A stretch of 64,000 nucleotides of DNA from an uncultured delta proteobacterium (GCA_963832165.1 CAWHTE010000007.1:960001-1024000); one strand, 5' to 3'. Counted from the first letter of the stretch, positions 29,953 through 40,364 are shown. Notes: generated by a model from the sequence alone, not told the origin. Program-made: numbers and translations.

Positions 29953-30101
29953 TTGCGCTCGCGTCCGGAGTTCCGGACGCTCGTAACGTGATCGCGCTCA
30001 CATTGTGATCGGTGCGCGGCCGCTAGGCTGAAAGCCCGCGGGTGAGGTTGGGCTCGAGCTGCGGGTTTGCACGCGAACGCCGCTGCGTGAAGGGGGGAGA
30101 G

Positions 30102-30641
30102 ATGGCTCTGAGGGACATGGTCTCGAAGCCCGAGCGAGCTCCGGAGCAGCCCGTTTCGGCAGGACAACAACCGCTGCAGCCGTCGGCACCGGCCGCGGCG
30201 CCGCTGGCGCCCGCCGCCCCGCGGACGCCGAGCGCTGTGAGCACCTTCCTCGACGCATCGACAGTCTTCGAGGGCGTGATCCGCAGCAGCGAGCCGCTGC
30301 GCATCGATGGGCGCGTGAAGGGCGAGATCCACTGCGAGCACAGCGTCGTAATCGGCGAATCGGCCCAGATCGAGGCGACGATCCGCGCCGACACGGTGGT
30401 GATCGCGGGCGAGGTGCGGGGCGACGTCCACGCGGCGCGCAAGCTCACGCTGGCCGCCACGGCGCGGATGGTGGGCGAACTCACCACGCCCGGGATCGTG
30501 ATCGAGGAGGGCGCGGAGCTCGTGGGGCAAATCCAGATCGGCGCCCGGCTGCCGACCCAACCGGAGAAGAATGCGGCCTCGGCCGATCGGTCGCGCGACA
30601 ACCGGCCCGCGCCGGCCACTTCGCCGCCGCCCACGGCATAG
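30102..30641 (+). CDS. Bactofilin (polymer-forming cytoskeletal protein)
   Basis: FEGVIRSSEPLRIDGRVKGEI..VIGESA..IAGEVRGDV..IEEGA beta-helix. Confidence 0.9.
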   Translation: MALRDMVSKPERAPEQPVSAGQQPLQPSAPAAAPLAPAAPRTPSAVSTFLDASTVFEGVIRSSEPLRIDGRVKGEIHCEHSVVIGESAQIEATIRADTVVIAGEVRGDVHAARKLTLAATARMVGELTTPGIVIEEGAELVGQIQIGARLPTQPEKNAASADRSRDNRPAPATSPPPTA

Positions 30642-30678
30642 CGCGCAAAACCGCGCGAAGCGCGGGTATTCTGGATGC

Positions 30679-31893
30679 ATGAGAGACACGCGCCGCTTCG
30701 CCATGATCCTCGCGGCGGTTCTCGTAGCGGCGGCTGCCCGGCCCAGCGCATCCGCCGGCCACCGAGTCGCGGTCGCCTGGGACACCCAGACCTTCGAAGG
30801 ACGTCTGGCGGCACTCGATACCGTGCCGCCGTATGCCTTCGCGACGCCTCCGCTCGCCATCGGTGCGGACGGCCTCGTGCGCGCCGCGCTCGGCCGTGTC
30901 TACCACCTGAGTCGCACGACGGGCGTGCTGACCGTCATCGATCCGGAAACCTGGACGCCGATCCAGAGCTTCGCGCTTGGCGCCGCCAATCAGCCGCGCG
31001 ACATCGCGGTGATCGACGCGGACACCGCGTACGTCTCGCGGCTCGGCGCTCGTTATTTGTGGCGCCTCGATCTTGGGAGTGGGGTGCGCGTCGACGCTGT
31101 CGATCTCGAACCGCTCGGCGCTGGCGACGGCAACCCCGCCATGGACACGATGCTCGTGCACGCGGGTCGCTTGTATCTGCAGCTCGCCGGCGAGCCGGGA
31201 TCGTCGCAGCCGCACTCGATCGCGGTGATCGAGCTCGCTACCGAGACGCTCGTAGACGCCGACCCCGTCGAGCCGGGCATTCAAGGCATCGCTCTATCCG
31301 GGACGGGGCCGCGCTTCAAGATGCACCGGGTCGAGGGAGCGAACCGCCTGTTGGTGAGCGCCACGGGGATCTTTCACGACAATGGCGGCTTCGAGCTGCT
31401 CGATCTCGACGGACTGGTGTCGCTCGGATTGGTCGTTCGCGAGCAGGAGGAAGCGGGCGCGGACGCAGGCGCCTTCACGATGCTCGACGGGCAGCGCGGT
31501 TGGCTGGTGTTCAGCACCGACCTGCTGCTGTCCTCCCACCTGCACGCGTTCACGCTCACGGGCGGCATGGACCCTACCGAAGCGGACGTCTCGCTCGACT
31601 ACTTCGCGCCGCACCTCGTCTACCACGCCGCGAGCGACACGCTCTTCTGGCCCGAGCCCGGAGGCGTGCGGCCCTTCGATGCGACGACGGGTGCGCCGCG
31701 CGCCGAGCCGACGCCGCTCGACGGCCTTCCTACCGACCTCGAGCTGGTGGCGCTGCCAGAAGGGGGAGTCGCCCCGGCGTGGGCGGCCCTTGGACTCCGC
31801 CTGCTGCTGGGTGCGACGGCGCGATCCAGGAGACGTCGCGCATCAGAAGTTCAACTGGATGCCGGCGAACGCGTTCACGTCTTGCGTTCCTGA
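30679..31893 (+). CDS. Secreted beta-propeller (YncE-like) protein with degenerate PEP-CTERM-like tail
   Basis: Signal peptide; NQPRDIAVID..AYVSR blades; C-terminal LPEGG + hydrophobic stretch + RSRRRR. Confidence 0.65.
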   Translation: MRDTRRFAMILAAVLVAAAARPSASAGHRVAVAWDTQTFEGRLAALDTVPPYAFATPPLAIGADGLVRAALGRVYHLSRTTGVLTVIDPETWTPIQSFALGAANQPRDIAVIDADTAYVSRLGARYLWRLDLGSGVRVDAVDLEPLGAGDGNPAMDTMLVHAGRLYLQLAGEPGSSQPHSIAVIELATETLVDADPVEPGIQGIALSGTGPRFKMHRVEGANRLLVSATGIFHDNGGFELLDLDGLVSLGLVVREQEEAGADAGAFTMLDGQRGWLVFSTDLLLSSHLHAFTLTGGMDPTEADVSLDYFAPHLVYHAASDTLFWPEPGGVRPFDATTGAPRAEPTPLDGLPTDLELVALPEGGVAPAWAALGLRLLLGATARSRRRRASEVQLDAGERVHVLRS

Positions 31894-32580
31894 GATGCTG
31901 CGGCCCGCGCGGGCCATGAGCGTCCACCACTCGGATAGATCCAGTTGCGTCGCCAGACCGATCGACAGATCCGACCGCTGGACGTCGCTCACCCGGGTGT
32001 GACCCAGCAGGTCCAGACCGATGAGCCACGGCTCGAGGACCTGATAGCCGAGCGCTCCACCCGCGAAGAACTGGGGATCGTCCTCGCTCGTGTCGCGGAC
32101 GTTCACGCCGACGTTGCCGAACACCTGCCATTGCTCGTCGAGCTGCCAGCCGAGCGTGAGGTAGGGCGAGTGCACGGTCGCCTCACCCGACAAGCCGTCC
32201 TCGCCGGTGGGCAGCCGGAGCGCGTAGGCCACCGCGGCGTCGGGAACCGCTCCACCCTGCTCGAGGAATCTCCACTTGAAGCCCAGTCCCAGGTCGCCGA
32301 AATCAGCGCTCGGGGCGTCCCGTGCCTCGGATTTCAGGATTGCACCGTCGAGCGCGAGCTCGACTTTCGCCGGAAGACCCAGCGTGAGCGTTGCAGCGGG
32401 CACGGAGTGGATGTTCACGTCCCGGTCGCGCACGAGCTCGTACCGGAGCAGGAACGTTCCCTTCCACTTCTCGGCCGTGCCCGGGTCATCCACCGCGAAG
32501 GGCGGGCCCGCCGCGGCGGGCGCAGCGCATAGCAACAACGCGGCGGAGATGAGGGCTGTCGCTCCAGACGCTCTGGTCAA
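31843..32580 (-). CDS. Outer-membrane beta-barrel, MetA/phenol-degradation transporter-like
   Basis: Signal peptide, GPPFAVDDPGT, FGDLGLGFKWRF, LPTG, C-terminal Phe. Confidence 0.75.
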   Translation of the reverse strand: MTRASGATALISAALLLCAAPAAAGPPFAVDDPGTAEKWKGTFLLRYELVRDRDVNIHSVPAATLTLGLPAKVELALDGAILKSEARDAPSADFGDLGLGFKWRFLEQGGAVPDAAVAYALRLPTGEDGLSGEATVHSPYLTLGWQLDEQWQVFGNVGVNVRDTSEDDPQFFAGGALGYQVLEPWLIGLDLLGHTRVSDVQRSDLSIGLATQLDLSEWWTLMARAGRSISGTQDVNAFAGIQLNF

Positions 32581-32626
32581 GGTCTAGCTCTGACCATCCA
32601 CAACGCTAACCGCGGGCTCGCGCTGG

Positions 32627-35287
32627 CTAGGGCTCGTACGTCGCGCGGCCGCGCGGACGCGATCGCAGCATTTTTAGTTCTTCCTCGAGATCGTCTCTGG
32701 TACGCAAGGCCCGCGGATCATCGGGGCGAAGTTCCAGGGCCTCTGCCAATAGCCGCACCCCTTGTGCCAAATCGGCAATCCGGCCTATTCCAGGGTTGCT
32801 CACTTTCAGAAGCACCCTTCGATTCACAGCTCCGAGTTTTCGGTAGAACATTTCGGCTCTCGCGTAGCTCTCCTTGTCTCGATCCGTCGCACCCTCCAGG
32901 AGCGGTACAAAACTACTGGCCCTCAGCGAATTCCATGTTTCGGCCCTCGGATAGAGGGAAGCGTTGTGCACATAAGCACTCACGGGCGAGGAGAACTCCA
33001 GGATCGGGCGATCATCGGTGTGCAGGGGGCCGGCTCCCGCAAAACGCCGGTAGCCTTCGTGATCCAGATACATGAAGTTCATGATCTGATACGGATCATC
33101 GACTCCCACACGCTCGAGATCGCGCCGCACCTCTGGCACGGCAAAGGCCTCCCTGAAGCGCTCGACGTCGAACCGAATGGGCCCCGGTGTGCCGATCAGG
33201 ATTGCGAAACTGGTTTTCGCGTGATCCATGAACCAGAGGCTGGCGTATGGAAAAACGCTCTGAAACGTGCGCAGCAGAATTCGAAGTTGATCCTCATAGT
33301 TCGACTTGGCCGGAATCCAGGCGCACGCGACCCCACCCTCGGCCAGACTCTTCTTCATGAGCTGAAAGTATTCTCTGCTGTAGAGACTGGCATTCTGCTT
33401 GTACTGCAGATTGGTCACATCCGTGGAGATGACGTCGTATTTTCTCGAAGTGGTATGCAAGTGGTCGCGCGCATCGTTCGAGATCAGGTGAAAACCGGCA
33501 GCCTTCATCACATCGTGATTGTGGTCGAGGAAATATCCGGCGCTGCGGAACACTTCCGGCTCGATTTCTACCGCGTAGGTCTCCACCCCATGCGTTGTCA
33601 TGGAGTAGGAAGTGCCGCCGCTGCCGAAACCCACGGTGAGCGCATTCGAGGGGTTGGGGTGCAGGAACAGCGGAATGTGCGCCAGCATCTTGCCGTCGAT
33701 GATCGACCCGGGAATGGTCGAGGCCACCGCCTGGTCATCGACATAGATCCGGCGGTAGGAGTTGGCGCTCGCGGGAGGCCGCTCCTCCTTCACGATGATC
33801 GTTCCGCTGGCCCCGGCCTTGTAGCGCAAGATGGTCGTTTCCTTGTCTCCTGCGCGCAGCGGACCTTCCCGCCATTTCCCGATCTGCTCGTCATAGTGAG
33901 CCTTGCCCCAGCGGAGGATCGGCGCCCCGTTCAGCATATACGCGCCGGAGAGCACGAGAACGAGCGCGCCGCTTGCATAGGCATAACTCTTCTGTTTCGG
34001 AGCCGTGTCGGGATGGATCCGCAGCGTGAGAAGCGCCAACACAGCACTGGTCGCACAGAAAACCGCCAGCGTTCCGCTGAGTCCGAACGCCGGGATGATC
34101 ATCAGGCCCGTAGCCAAGATGCCGAACGTCGCTCCGACGTTGCCGATGAAATAGATCCACCCCGACTGCTCGGCGATGTCTTTCTCGTCTTCGATCAACT
34201 TCTGACTGACTGCTGGATAGGCAAGACCCATGAAGATGGCCGGAACGAACATCAGCGACAGGGCGTAGACAACCTCGGCGAAGATCAGATCGCCCAGATT
34301 CAGGGCGCCGTCTCGGATCAGGCGGACCAATTGTCGCTCGAAGATCGGCGGCCAGAGATATGCGAAAGACACGCATGCCAGGGCGCTTGCGCCGACACCG
34401 AGATTCGCAATGAAGAAGATTTTCAACGCGGAAAGGCTTCGCGCGAGACTTCGGTAAAGAAGCAGACTGCCGAGCGAGAATCCCAGCAGATAGATCGCCA
34501 GCGCCAGGACGAAGGTGTAGACGCCGCTGCTGGTCAAGATGCCCAGCATGCGCAGCCAAAGTACTTCATAACCCAGGGCGAGGAAGCCCGAGCCAAAATA
34601 GATGGCCGCCAGCCAGTAGAACGTGCTGGGCAGTTTCGTCGCGATCGGCGCAGGTGTGGTGAAAGAAGAGCGTCGTGCTTTCTGAAGGGCACCGATGAAC
34701 ACCAGAGCATTCATGAAAACAGCGACGTGCATGGAATTCTCCATGCCAAGGGTTCTGATGAGCACAAAACCGGTCACGAGCCCGCCGAGAACCGCCCCGA
34801 GCGTGTTGACGCCGTACGCGAGGCCCACGTTTGCACCGACGCTCTGTTTCTTCATCTCGGCGAGGATGCGGTTCATCGCCGGGATCGTCGCGCCCATGCC
34901 CAGCGTGGCGGGCAACACCACGCCTACCGCCATCGAGAAGCGGGCGAGGAAGAAGAGCGCCGTGTCAGGGCTCTCGGCAGCCGAGGACTGCAAGAGCACG
35001 ACGTAGAGGTTCTCGATGCCGCGCAGCAGAAAAGGCAGGACGAGCGCACAGGCGCCGATCCACAATTCCGCCCCCGCGTAGAACGCAAGGGCGTTTGCGC
35101 GGCGCCTGAGAATCCGACCCCCGATCAGGCTGCCGAAGGCGATGCCGCAGAAGAAGCTCGTCAGCACCGCCGTGGTGGCTGGAGCGCTCGCGCCAAACAC
35201 CAGGAGCATCTGGCGCTGCCAAAGAGTCTCGTAGGCAAGCGCACTCGCCCCGGAGAAGAAGAACAACACCAGGATGCCCAAGTTCAT
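32627..35287 (-). CDS. Fused MFS/spermidine synthase family protein
   Basis: FFSGASALAYETLW, YGVNTLGA, VGFGSGGT, VEIEPEV, DAR, HTDDRPILEF; ATG overlaps the upstream stop. Confidence 0.88.
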   Translation of the reverse strand: MNLGILVLFFFSGASALAYETLWQRQMLLVFGASAPATTAVLTSFFCGIAFGSLIGGRILRRRANALAFYAGAELWIGACALVLPFLLRGIENLYVVLLQSSAAESPDTALFFLARFSMAVGVVLPATLGMGATIPAMNRILAEMKKQSVGANVGLAYGVNTLGAVLGGLVTGFVLIRTLGMENSMHVAVFMNALVFIGALQKARRSSFTTPAPIATKLPSTFYWLAAIYFGSGFLALGYEVLWLRMLGILTSSGVYTFVLALAIYLLGFSLGSLLLYRSLARSLSALKIFFIANLGVGASALACVSFAYLWPPIFERQLVRLIRDGALNLGDLIFAEVVYALSLMFVPAIFMGLAYPAVSQKLIEDEKDIAEQSGWIYFIGNVGATFGILATGLMIIPAFGLSGTLAVFCATSAVLALLTLRIHPDTAPKQKSYAYASGALVLVLSGAYMLNGAPILRWGKAHYDEQIGKWREGPLRAGDKETTILRYKAGASGTIIVKEERPPASANSYRRIYVDDQAVASTIPGSIIDGKMLAHIPLFLHPNPSNALTVGFGSGGTSYSMTTHGVETYAVEIEPEVFRSAGYFLDHNHDVMKAAGFHLISNDARDHLHTTSRKYDVISTDVTNLQYKQNASLYSREYFQLMKKSLAEGGVACAWIPAKSNYEDQLRILLRTFQSVFPYASLWFMDHAKTSFAILIGTPGPIRFDVERFREAFAVPEVRRDLERVGVDDPYQIMNFMYLDHEGYRRFAGAGPLHTDDRPILEFSSPVSAYVHNASLYPRAETWNSLRASSFVPLLEGATDRDKESYARAEMFYRKLGAVNRRVLLKVSNPGIGRIADLAQGVRLLAEALELRPDDPRALRTRDDLEEELKMLRSRPRGRATYEP

Positions 35288-36189
35288 CAGGGCCCCTGGG
35301 ACAGATATCGAATTCCAGTCATCGATTCGGATGATGCCCAAAGCCGGCTTCCGAGGTCTGCGTCTCTCGCGATCGGATTGACGCGGGCCTTTCCGGGTTC
35401 ACCTCGAATCTCGAGCAAGCCGGTCGGGCCGTAATAGTCTCCGCCCGTTGGACGGTCGGAGCAGGCGGCATGAATGATCGGGATCGCGGCCTGCGCGGCG
35501 GTCGGTATCACCAGCTGCTCGAGCATCGCGTTGAACCACTTGCCGAATCGATTCCGGGGGCTCACGAGCGTGTTATGTCTTCCGATGTCGGTCGCAGCAA
35601 ACCCGGGGTGAGCGCCCAACGCGATGATGTTGCTGCGGCGCTGCTGCAGGCGTCGATTCAATTCCATCGTGAAGGTGACCATCGCCAGCTTGCTTCGGGC
35701 GTAGGCCTTCCATTCGTTGTAGGGGGTCTTTTCCCAGTTCAGGTCCTCCAGGTCGAGCTTCGCGAAGCGATGCCCCAGGCTCCCGACATTGACGACGCGC
35801 GCGGTCGCGTCCGTGCGGAACAGCGGCAGCAGCCTGCCGGTCAGCTCGAACGCTCCCAGATAGTTGGTGGCGAGCTGCAGCTCGTGTCCAACGCTATTGC
35901 GTGTCAGGGGCAGGGCGACGATGCCGGCGTTGTTGATCAGGATGTCCAGCTGTCCGACCTGATCCGCTAGCTGTCGGGCGAATGCGCGAATCGAGGCCGG
36001 TTCGGAGACATCCAGCGGAAGGATCGTCACCTGGCTGTGCGGAGCTGCCTCGAGAAGATCGCTGCGTGCCTTTCGGGCCTTCTCGAGGTTTCTACACGCC
36101 ATCACGATGTGCGCATCCGTGCGAGCGAGCTTCAACGCGGTCTGGAATCCCAGACCTGCATTGGCTCCCGTGATCACGACGGTCTGCAC
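35287..36189 (-). CDS. SDR oxidoreductase (retinol dehydrogenase/WWOX-like)
   Basis: TGANAGLG, MACRN, INNAG, YARSK, AHPG. Confidence 0.9.
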   Translation of the reverse strand: MQTVVITGANAGLGFQTALKLARTDAHIVMACRNLEKARKARSDLLEAAPHSQVTILPLDVSEPASIRAFARQLADQVGQLDILINNAGIVALPLTRNSVGHELQLATNYLGAFELTGRLLPLFRTDATARVVNVGSLGHRFAKLDLEDLNWEKTPYNEWKAYARSKLAMVTFTMELNRRLQQRRSNIIALGAHPGFAATDIGRHNTLVSPRNRFGKWFNAMLEQLVIPTAAQAAIPIIHAACSDRPTGGDYYGPTGLLEIRGEPGKARVNPIARDADLGSRLWASSESMTGIRYLSQGP

Positions 36190-36333
36190 TCGATCCTCGC
36201 ACGGCCCCATTTGGAAGGATCGGTGGGTCGCCTGGAACCCGATTTCCACGCGAACGGAACGCTCGTTCCTATTCACCTTGGCGTCACCTCTCAAGAGCCC
36301 TTCCAATCCAGGGTGTTGCACGGGAAGTTGCCC

Positions 36334-36349
36334 AGGAACGCAACTTGCA
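36334..36349 (+). promoter_or_regulatory. Sigma54 promoter candidate upstream of the PEP-CTERM gene
   Basis: AGGAACGCAACTTGCA, with the GG-N8-TTGC spacing of the -24/-12 consensus. Confidence 0.5.
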
Positions 36350-36399
36350 AATGGCGACAGCAGGGAAGACGGTGTTCCTCGGGGCGTCGTGGGGAGGGG

Positions 36400-37149
36400 A
36401 TGATGATGAGCTGGTTCGCCCGCGCGGCAGTGGTAGCGCTCCTGGCTTTCGGTGCGAGTCTTTCGCTCGCCACCTCCGCTTCGGCTGTGAGCGTCTCGCT
36501 CCAGCTCTTCGTCGGTGGCCAGCAGGTGGGGTATTACGACGAGGTAAGGCTCGGGTGCTCCCCGGGAGACGTCGTCTCGCAATGCACGACTACGACGCCA
36601 ATCGTCGCGGGCGACCTGAGGCTCGACAGCTGGGACCTGTTCCTCGACAACGACCCCGTGGTCTCGGGGCCCGTCGTGGTCACGAACTTGAACCCGCTCC
36701 TGTCCCAGCAGTTCACGCTGATCTTCACGCTGCCGACGGGTCCGATTCTGCCCTCGACCCTGATCGGCGGGTCGGTCCAGGGCGGCATGACCGACAACAA
36801 CGGCGACGACGCGACCGTCTCCACGGCCGCGGGGAGCGCCTTCTACTCTGCCCTGATCGACGGCGTGACGGTGCAGCCCCTCTACGGTGACCCGCAATCG
36901 TTCTCCGCCGGAGGGCCGAACCTGAGCGGCAACATTCCGAGCCTGGCCTTCGGGACGCCGATCCCCAGCCAGGCTGGGCCTGCGGTAGTCGCGAACATCG
37001 GAATCAAGATCGACTTCATTCTCACGGCGGCGGATTCCGCGTCGTTCACGAGCGTCTTCCGCGTGGAGCCGATCCCGGAGCCCTCCACCGCAGTGCTCTT
37101 GGGCTTGGGCCTGGCAGGGATTGCCCTGGTCGGCCGGGGGCGGTCCTAA
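36400..37149 (+). CDS. Secreted PEP-CTERM protein
   Basis: Signal peptide ending ASA; C-terminal IPEPSTAVLLGLGLAGIALVGRGRS. Confidence 0.9.
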   Translation: MMMSWFARAAVVALLAFGASLSLATSASAVSVSLQLFVGGQQVGYYDEVRLGCSPGDVVSQCTTTTPIVAGDLRLDSWDLFLDNDPVVSGPVVVTNLNPLLSQQFTLIFTLPTGPILPSTLIGGSVQGGMTDNNGDDATVSTAAGSAFYSALIDGVTVQPLYGDPQSFSAGGPNLSGNIPSLAFGTPIPSQAGPAVVANIGIKIDFILTAADSASFTSVFRVEPIPEPSTAVLLGLGLAGIALVGRGRS

Positions 37150-37862
37150 GCGACTCCGCGCGCCCCTGCTGCGGCCGCTTTCGCGACGAGCTCACCGTAT
37201 CGCTTCATGCGGGCGAGAGTGATCCGGCTGGTGGGGCCGCACACGATCAGGGCGGCGAGCGGGTAGCCGTCGAGATCGAGGATGGGAGCGCCGACGACGC
37301 GCACGTCGGCGACGATCTCCCGGTCGTTCATCGCCCAGCCGCGGCGGCGGACGGCGGTCAGCGTCTGGTCATCATCGAGGGCAGGGTGGGCCCGGCGCAG
37401 CGCCGCGAGCTCTGCCGGTGGAGAGTGCGCGGCGATCACGCGAGCCGCCGAGCTCCCGACGAGCGGGAGCTCGGATCCGACAGGTGCACTGATCCGCAAC
37501 GGGTGCCGACTCTCGACCACCTCGTGCACCGTCAGACGGGCGTGGTCGATCGCGACGAGCATCACGGTCTCGCCCGTCTGATCGCGCAGCGTTTCCATCC
37601 GAGGCCGCATGCTCGCAGCGAGCGCGGCGGTCGATGCGCGCCGCGCAAGCCGCCCGAGCGCAGCGGCGATCTGCCAGCGACCGTCGCTGGTCCGGTCGAG
37701 CCAACCGGCACGGTGCAGCGTCACGGCGAGGCGGTGGGCTGCGCTCTTCTCGATCCCGGAAAGCCGGGCGAGCTCGCTCACCCCCAGCGGCTGGCGCTCC
37801 GCGACGGTCTCGACCAACGCACACGCGTTGCGCACCGATCGGATCTCCTTGACGGACGACAC
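37146..37862 (-). CDS. IclR family regulator
   Basis: IRSV..A, LGVSELARLSGIEKSAAHRL, TGETV, RRRGWA..DRE. Confidence 0.9.
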   Translation of the reverse strand: MSSVKEIRSVRNACALVETVAERQPLGVSELARLSGIEKSAAHRLAVTLHRAGWLDRTSDGRWQIAAALGRLARRASTAALAASMRPRMETLRDQTGETVMLVAIDHARLTVHEVVESRHPLRISAPVGSELPLVGSSAARVIAAHSPPAELAALRRAHPALDDDQTLTAVRRRGWAMNDREIVADVRVVGAPILDLDGYPLAALIVCGPTSRITLARMKRYGELVAKAAAAGARGVA

Positions 37863-37893
37863 GGCACTCCCATAAGGTATTCAGAGAAACAGG

Positions 37894-37912
37894 CGTGTTG
37901 CATAGTAACACG
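37894..37912. promoter_or_regulatory. Inverted repeat, candidate IclR operator
   Basis: CGTGTT-gcatagt-AACACG in the divergent intergenic region. Confidence 0.45.
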
Positions 37913-37930
37913 TTCGCTGAAGGAGGAATC

Positions 37931-39190
37931 ATGCCGACGGACAACTCGGGTTCGAGCTTGCCGTGGGTCGAGGCGGTCGCGCGTTCCTTCGAGCCCTATT
38001 CCTTCCTGGAGTTCCATCGCGCGAGCTTGCCGGCGCTGATCGCGCGAAACGGGCATCTCGTCCGAAGCGATCTGTCCGGCACACCTTCGCTCGCGTTCCG
38101 CGTGAACGGCGACGCTTTCACGTGGGTCGCTTCCGACGAGGGCGTGCGCGTCGTCGTGGGGGACGCCGGTGCGGACACCCTGGTGGAGCTGTCCGAGGCG
38201 ACCTTCTCGGAATTCATTCACGAGCTGCTCACGGCCTCGGGCGCCGTGATGACGGGCCGCGCGAAGCTGGCGAATGGAGACCTCGCCGGGTGGAAGCGCT
38301 GGGAGCCGGCGATCCAGTCGCTCTGCTCAGGCCGCGAGATCTACGGCGCCGGGGTTTGGCGCACGTTGCTCGATCGATCGGGCAAGCCGCTCGATCTGCA
38401 GCGCACGTTCTCGCCGGACGACGACCTCGAGGAGATGCGTTCCTACTTCTTGACCGCGGGCTACCTGCACTTGAAGGCGGTGTTCACGCGAACGGAGGTC
38501 GAGCACTACGGCACCGAGGTCGAGCAGGTCCGCGCCAAGACCACGCCAGGCGATCCGTTCTCGTGGTGGTCCGTCAATGCAGCAGGTCGCGAGGTGGTGA
38601 CGCGCATCAACTATCTCGGCCGACATTCCTCGGCACTGCAGGCGCTCTCGCACGACCCGCGCCTGCTTCGCTTCGCGCGGCTCGCCGGCCCCGACCTGCG
38701 TGTGTGTGACGATCGCCTCGACGGTCCCATGGTCTTCATCAAGAACGCGAATGTGGTGAAGGGACAGGGCGACCTCGGCTGGCACGTCGATGACGGCCTC
38801 GGTGGACATCCCGTGATGTGTCCGCTGATCCAGTGCGGCATCCAGCTGGATCACGCGAACGCGGCGAACGGACAGCTCAAGGTGCTCGCCGGATCGCACC
38901 GCTATGCGAAGCACTGGATCGCGTGGGGCGAAGAGCACGACCTACCCGCGGTGGCGCTCGATACCGAGCCCGGCGATCTCACGGTCCACTACGGCGATGC
39001 GATGCACACGACGCCCCCGCCCACCTCGGAGGACGCCCGTCGTCGCGCCCTCTACTACAAGTTCGCCGAGCCGAAGACCTTCGCCTACGTGCCGGCGCAC
39101 TGTCACTACAACGATGCGCTGTTCCGGGCCGACGCTGCGGGACACAGTGCGAGCCGCGCCGCCGCGAGAGACGCGGTAAAGACCTACTGA
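37931..39190 (+). CDS. Phytanoyl-CoA dioxygenase family protein with SCP2-like N-terminal domain
   Basis: LGWHVD, GIQLD, NGQL, GSH, PGDLTVH..AMH; AGGAGG RBS. Confidence 0.8.
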   Translation: MPTDNSGSSLPWVEAVARSFEPYSFLEFHRASLPALIARNGHLVRSDLSGTPSLAFRVNGDAFTWVASDEGVRVVVGDAGADTLVELSEATFSEFIHELLTASGAVMTGRAKLANGDLAGWKRWEPAIQSLCSGREIYGAGVWRTLLDRSGKPLDLQRTFSPDDDLEEMRSYFLTAGYLHLKAVFTRTEVEHYGTEVEQVRAKTTPGDPFSWWSVNAAGREVVTRINYLGRHSSALQALSHDPRLLRFARLAGPDLRVCDDRLDGPMVFIKNANVVKGQGDLGWHVDDGLGGHPVMCPLIQCGIQLDHANAANGQLKVLAGSHRYAKHWIAWGEEHDLPAVALDTEPGDLTVHYGDAMHTTPPPTSEDARRRALYYKFAEPKTFAYVPAHCHYNDALFRADAAGHSASRAAARDAVKTY

Positions 39191-39194
39191 CGCG

Positions 39195-40364
39195 ATGGAC
39201 GAGATCGTGGCCGTGACCGAGGACGCGCCCTTGGTTCACGGCGTATGCCCCCGCGAGCTCGCTGCGGTCCGCCAGGCCTTCACCGAGAACTTCACCGAAC
39301 GCGGCGAGGTCGGTGCGGCTCTCTGCGTGCTCATCGACGGCGACGTGATGGTCGACCTGGTCGGCGGCTGGGCTGATGTCGCTCGCACGAATCCCTGGAC
39401 GGGCGACACGCTCGTGAACGTGTACTCGGCGGGCAAGGCCGTCCTCGCGACGCTCGCGCTGCAGCTCGTGGAAGCAGGCCGGCTCGACCTCGACACGCCG
39501 ATCGCGTCGCTGTGGCCGGAGTTCGCCGTGGGCGGGAAGCACCGCGCCACGGTGCGGCACGCGTTCGCACACTTGGCCGGGGTTCCGGCGATCCGCGAGC
39601 CGCTCACCAACGACGACCTGTGGAACTGGGAGCGGATGGTCGGGGCGCTCGCGGCAACCGATGCGTGGTTCGAACCGGGGAGCCGCGTCGTGTACCACAC
39701 CAACACCTACGGGCACTTGCTGGGTGAGATCGTGCATCGCGCGGGCGGGTTGATGCCTGCCGATGCGCTGCGGCGGCTCGCGACCGAGATCGGAGCCGAC
39801 GTGTGGTGCGCGTTGCCGCCCGACGCGCAGAGCCGGTGCGCTGAGGTGATCTTCGAGTCGCCACCCGCGCTGCGCGACGCGCTCGCCACGGCCGCAGCGT
39901 CGCGCGATGAGGCAAGCCGGATGATCGCGCTCGCGTACATGAACCCACCGGGTTACGGCTCGGGCGGTGTCGTCAACACACCCGAGTGGCGAGGCGCGCA
40001 ACTACTGGCCGCGAATGCTCACGCGACCGCGCGCGGGCTCGCGCAGCTCTACGCGGCGCTCTTGGTGCCGAACCGGATCGTGTCGTCGGACCTGATCACC
40101 GAGGCGACACGAGTCCAATCCTCTGGATCGTGCCCGGTGCTCGGTGAGCACATCGAGTTCGGACTCGGGTTCGTTCCGACATCATCACGCCGACGACTGG
40201 GTCGCAGCAAGCGCGCGTTCGGGCACTTCGGCACCGGAGGTGCGGTCGGCTTCGCCGATCCCGAGACCGGCGCCGCCTTCGGGTACGTTACGAATCGCGT
40301 CGCGCCAGGTTGGCAGACCAAACGCAATCGGGCCCTCCTCGACGCGCTCGACGCCGCGCTATGA
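39195..40364 (+). CDS. Serine hydrolase, beta-lactamase family esterase
   Basis: YSAGK (SxxK), YH, FGHFGTGG. Confidence 0.9.
   Translation: MDEIVAVTEDAPLVHGVCPRELAAVRQAFTENFTERGEVGAALCVLIDGDVMVDLVGGWADVARTNPWTGDTLVNVYSAGKAVLATLALQLVEAGRLDLDTPIASLWPEFAVGGKHRATVRHAFAHLAGVPAIREPLTNDDLWNWERMVGALAATDAWFEPGSRVVYHTNTYGHLLGEIVHRAGGLMPADALRRLATEIGADVWCALPPDAQSRCAEVIFESPPALRDALATAAASRDEASRMIALAYMNPPGYGSGGVVNTPEWRGAQLLAANAHATARGLAQLYAALLVPNRIVSSDLITEATRVQSSGSCPVLGEHIEFGLGFVPTSSRRRLGRSKRAFGHFGTGGAVGFADPETGAAFGYVTNRVAPGWQTKRNRALLDALDAAL

Noticed and set aside
32762..35434. 890-aa plus-strand ORF
   Set aside because: Antisense to the well-supported fused MFS/spermidine synthase gene
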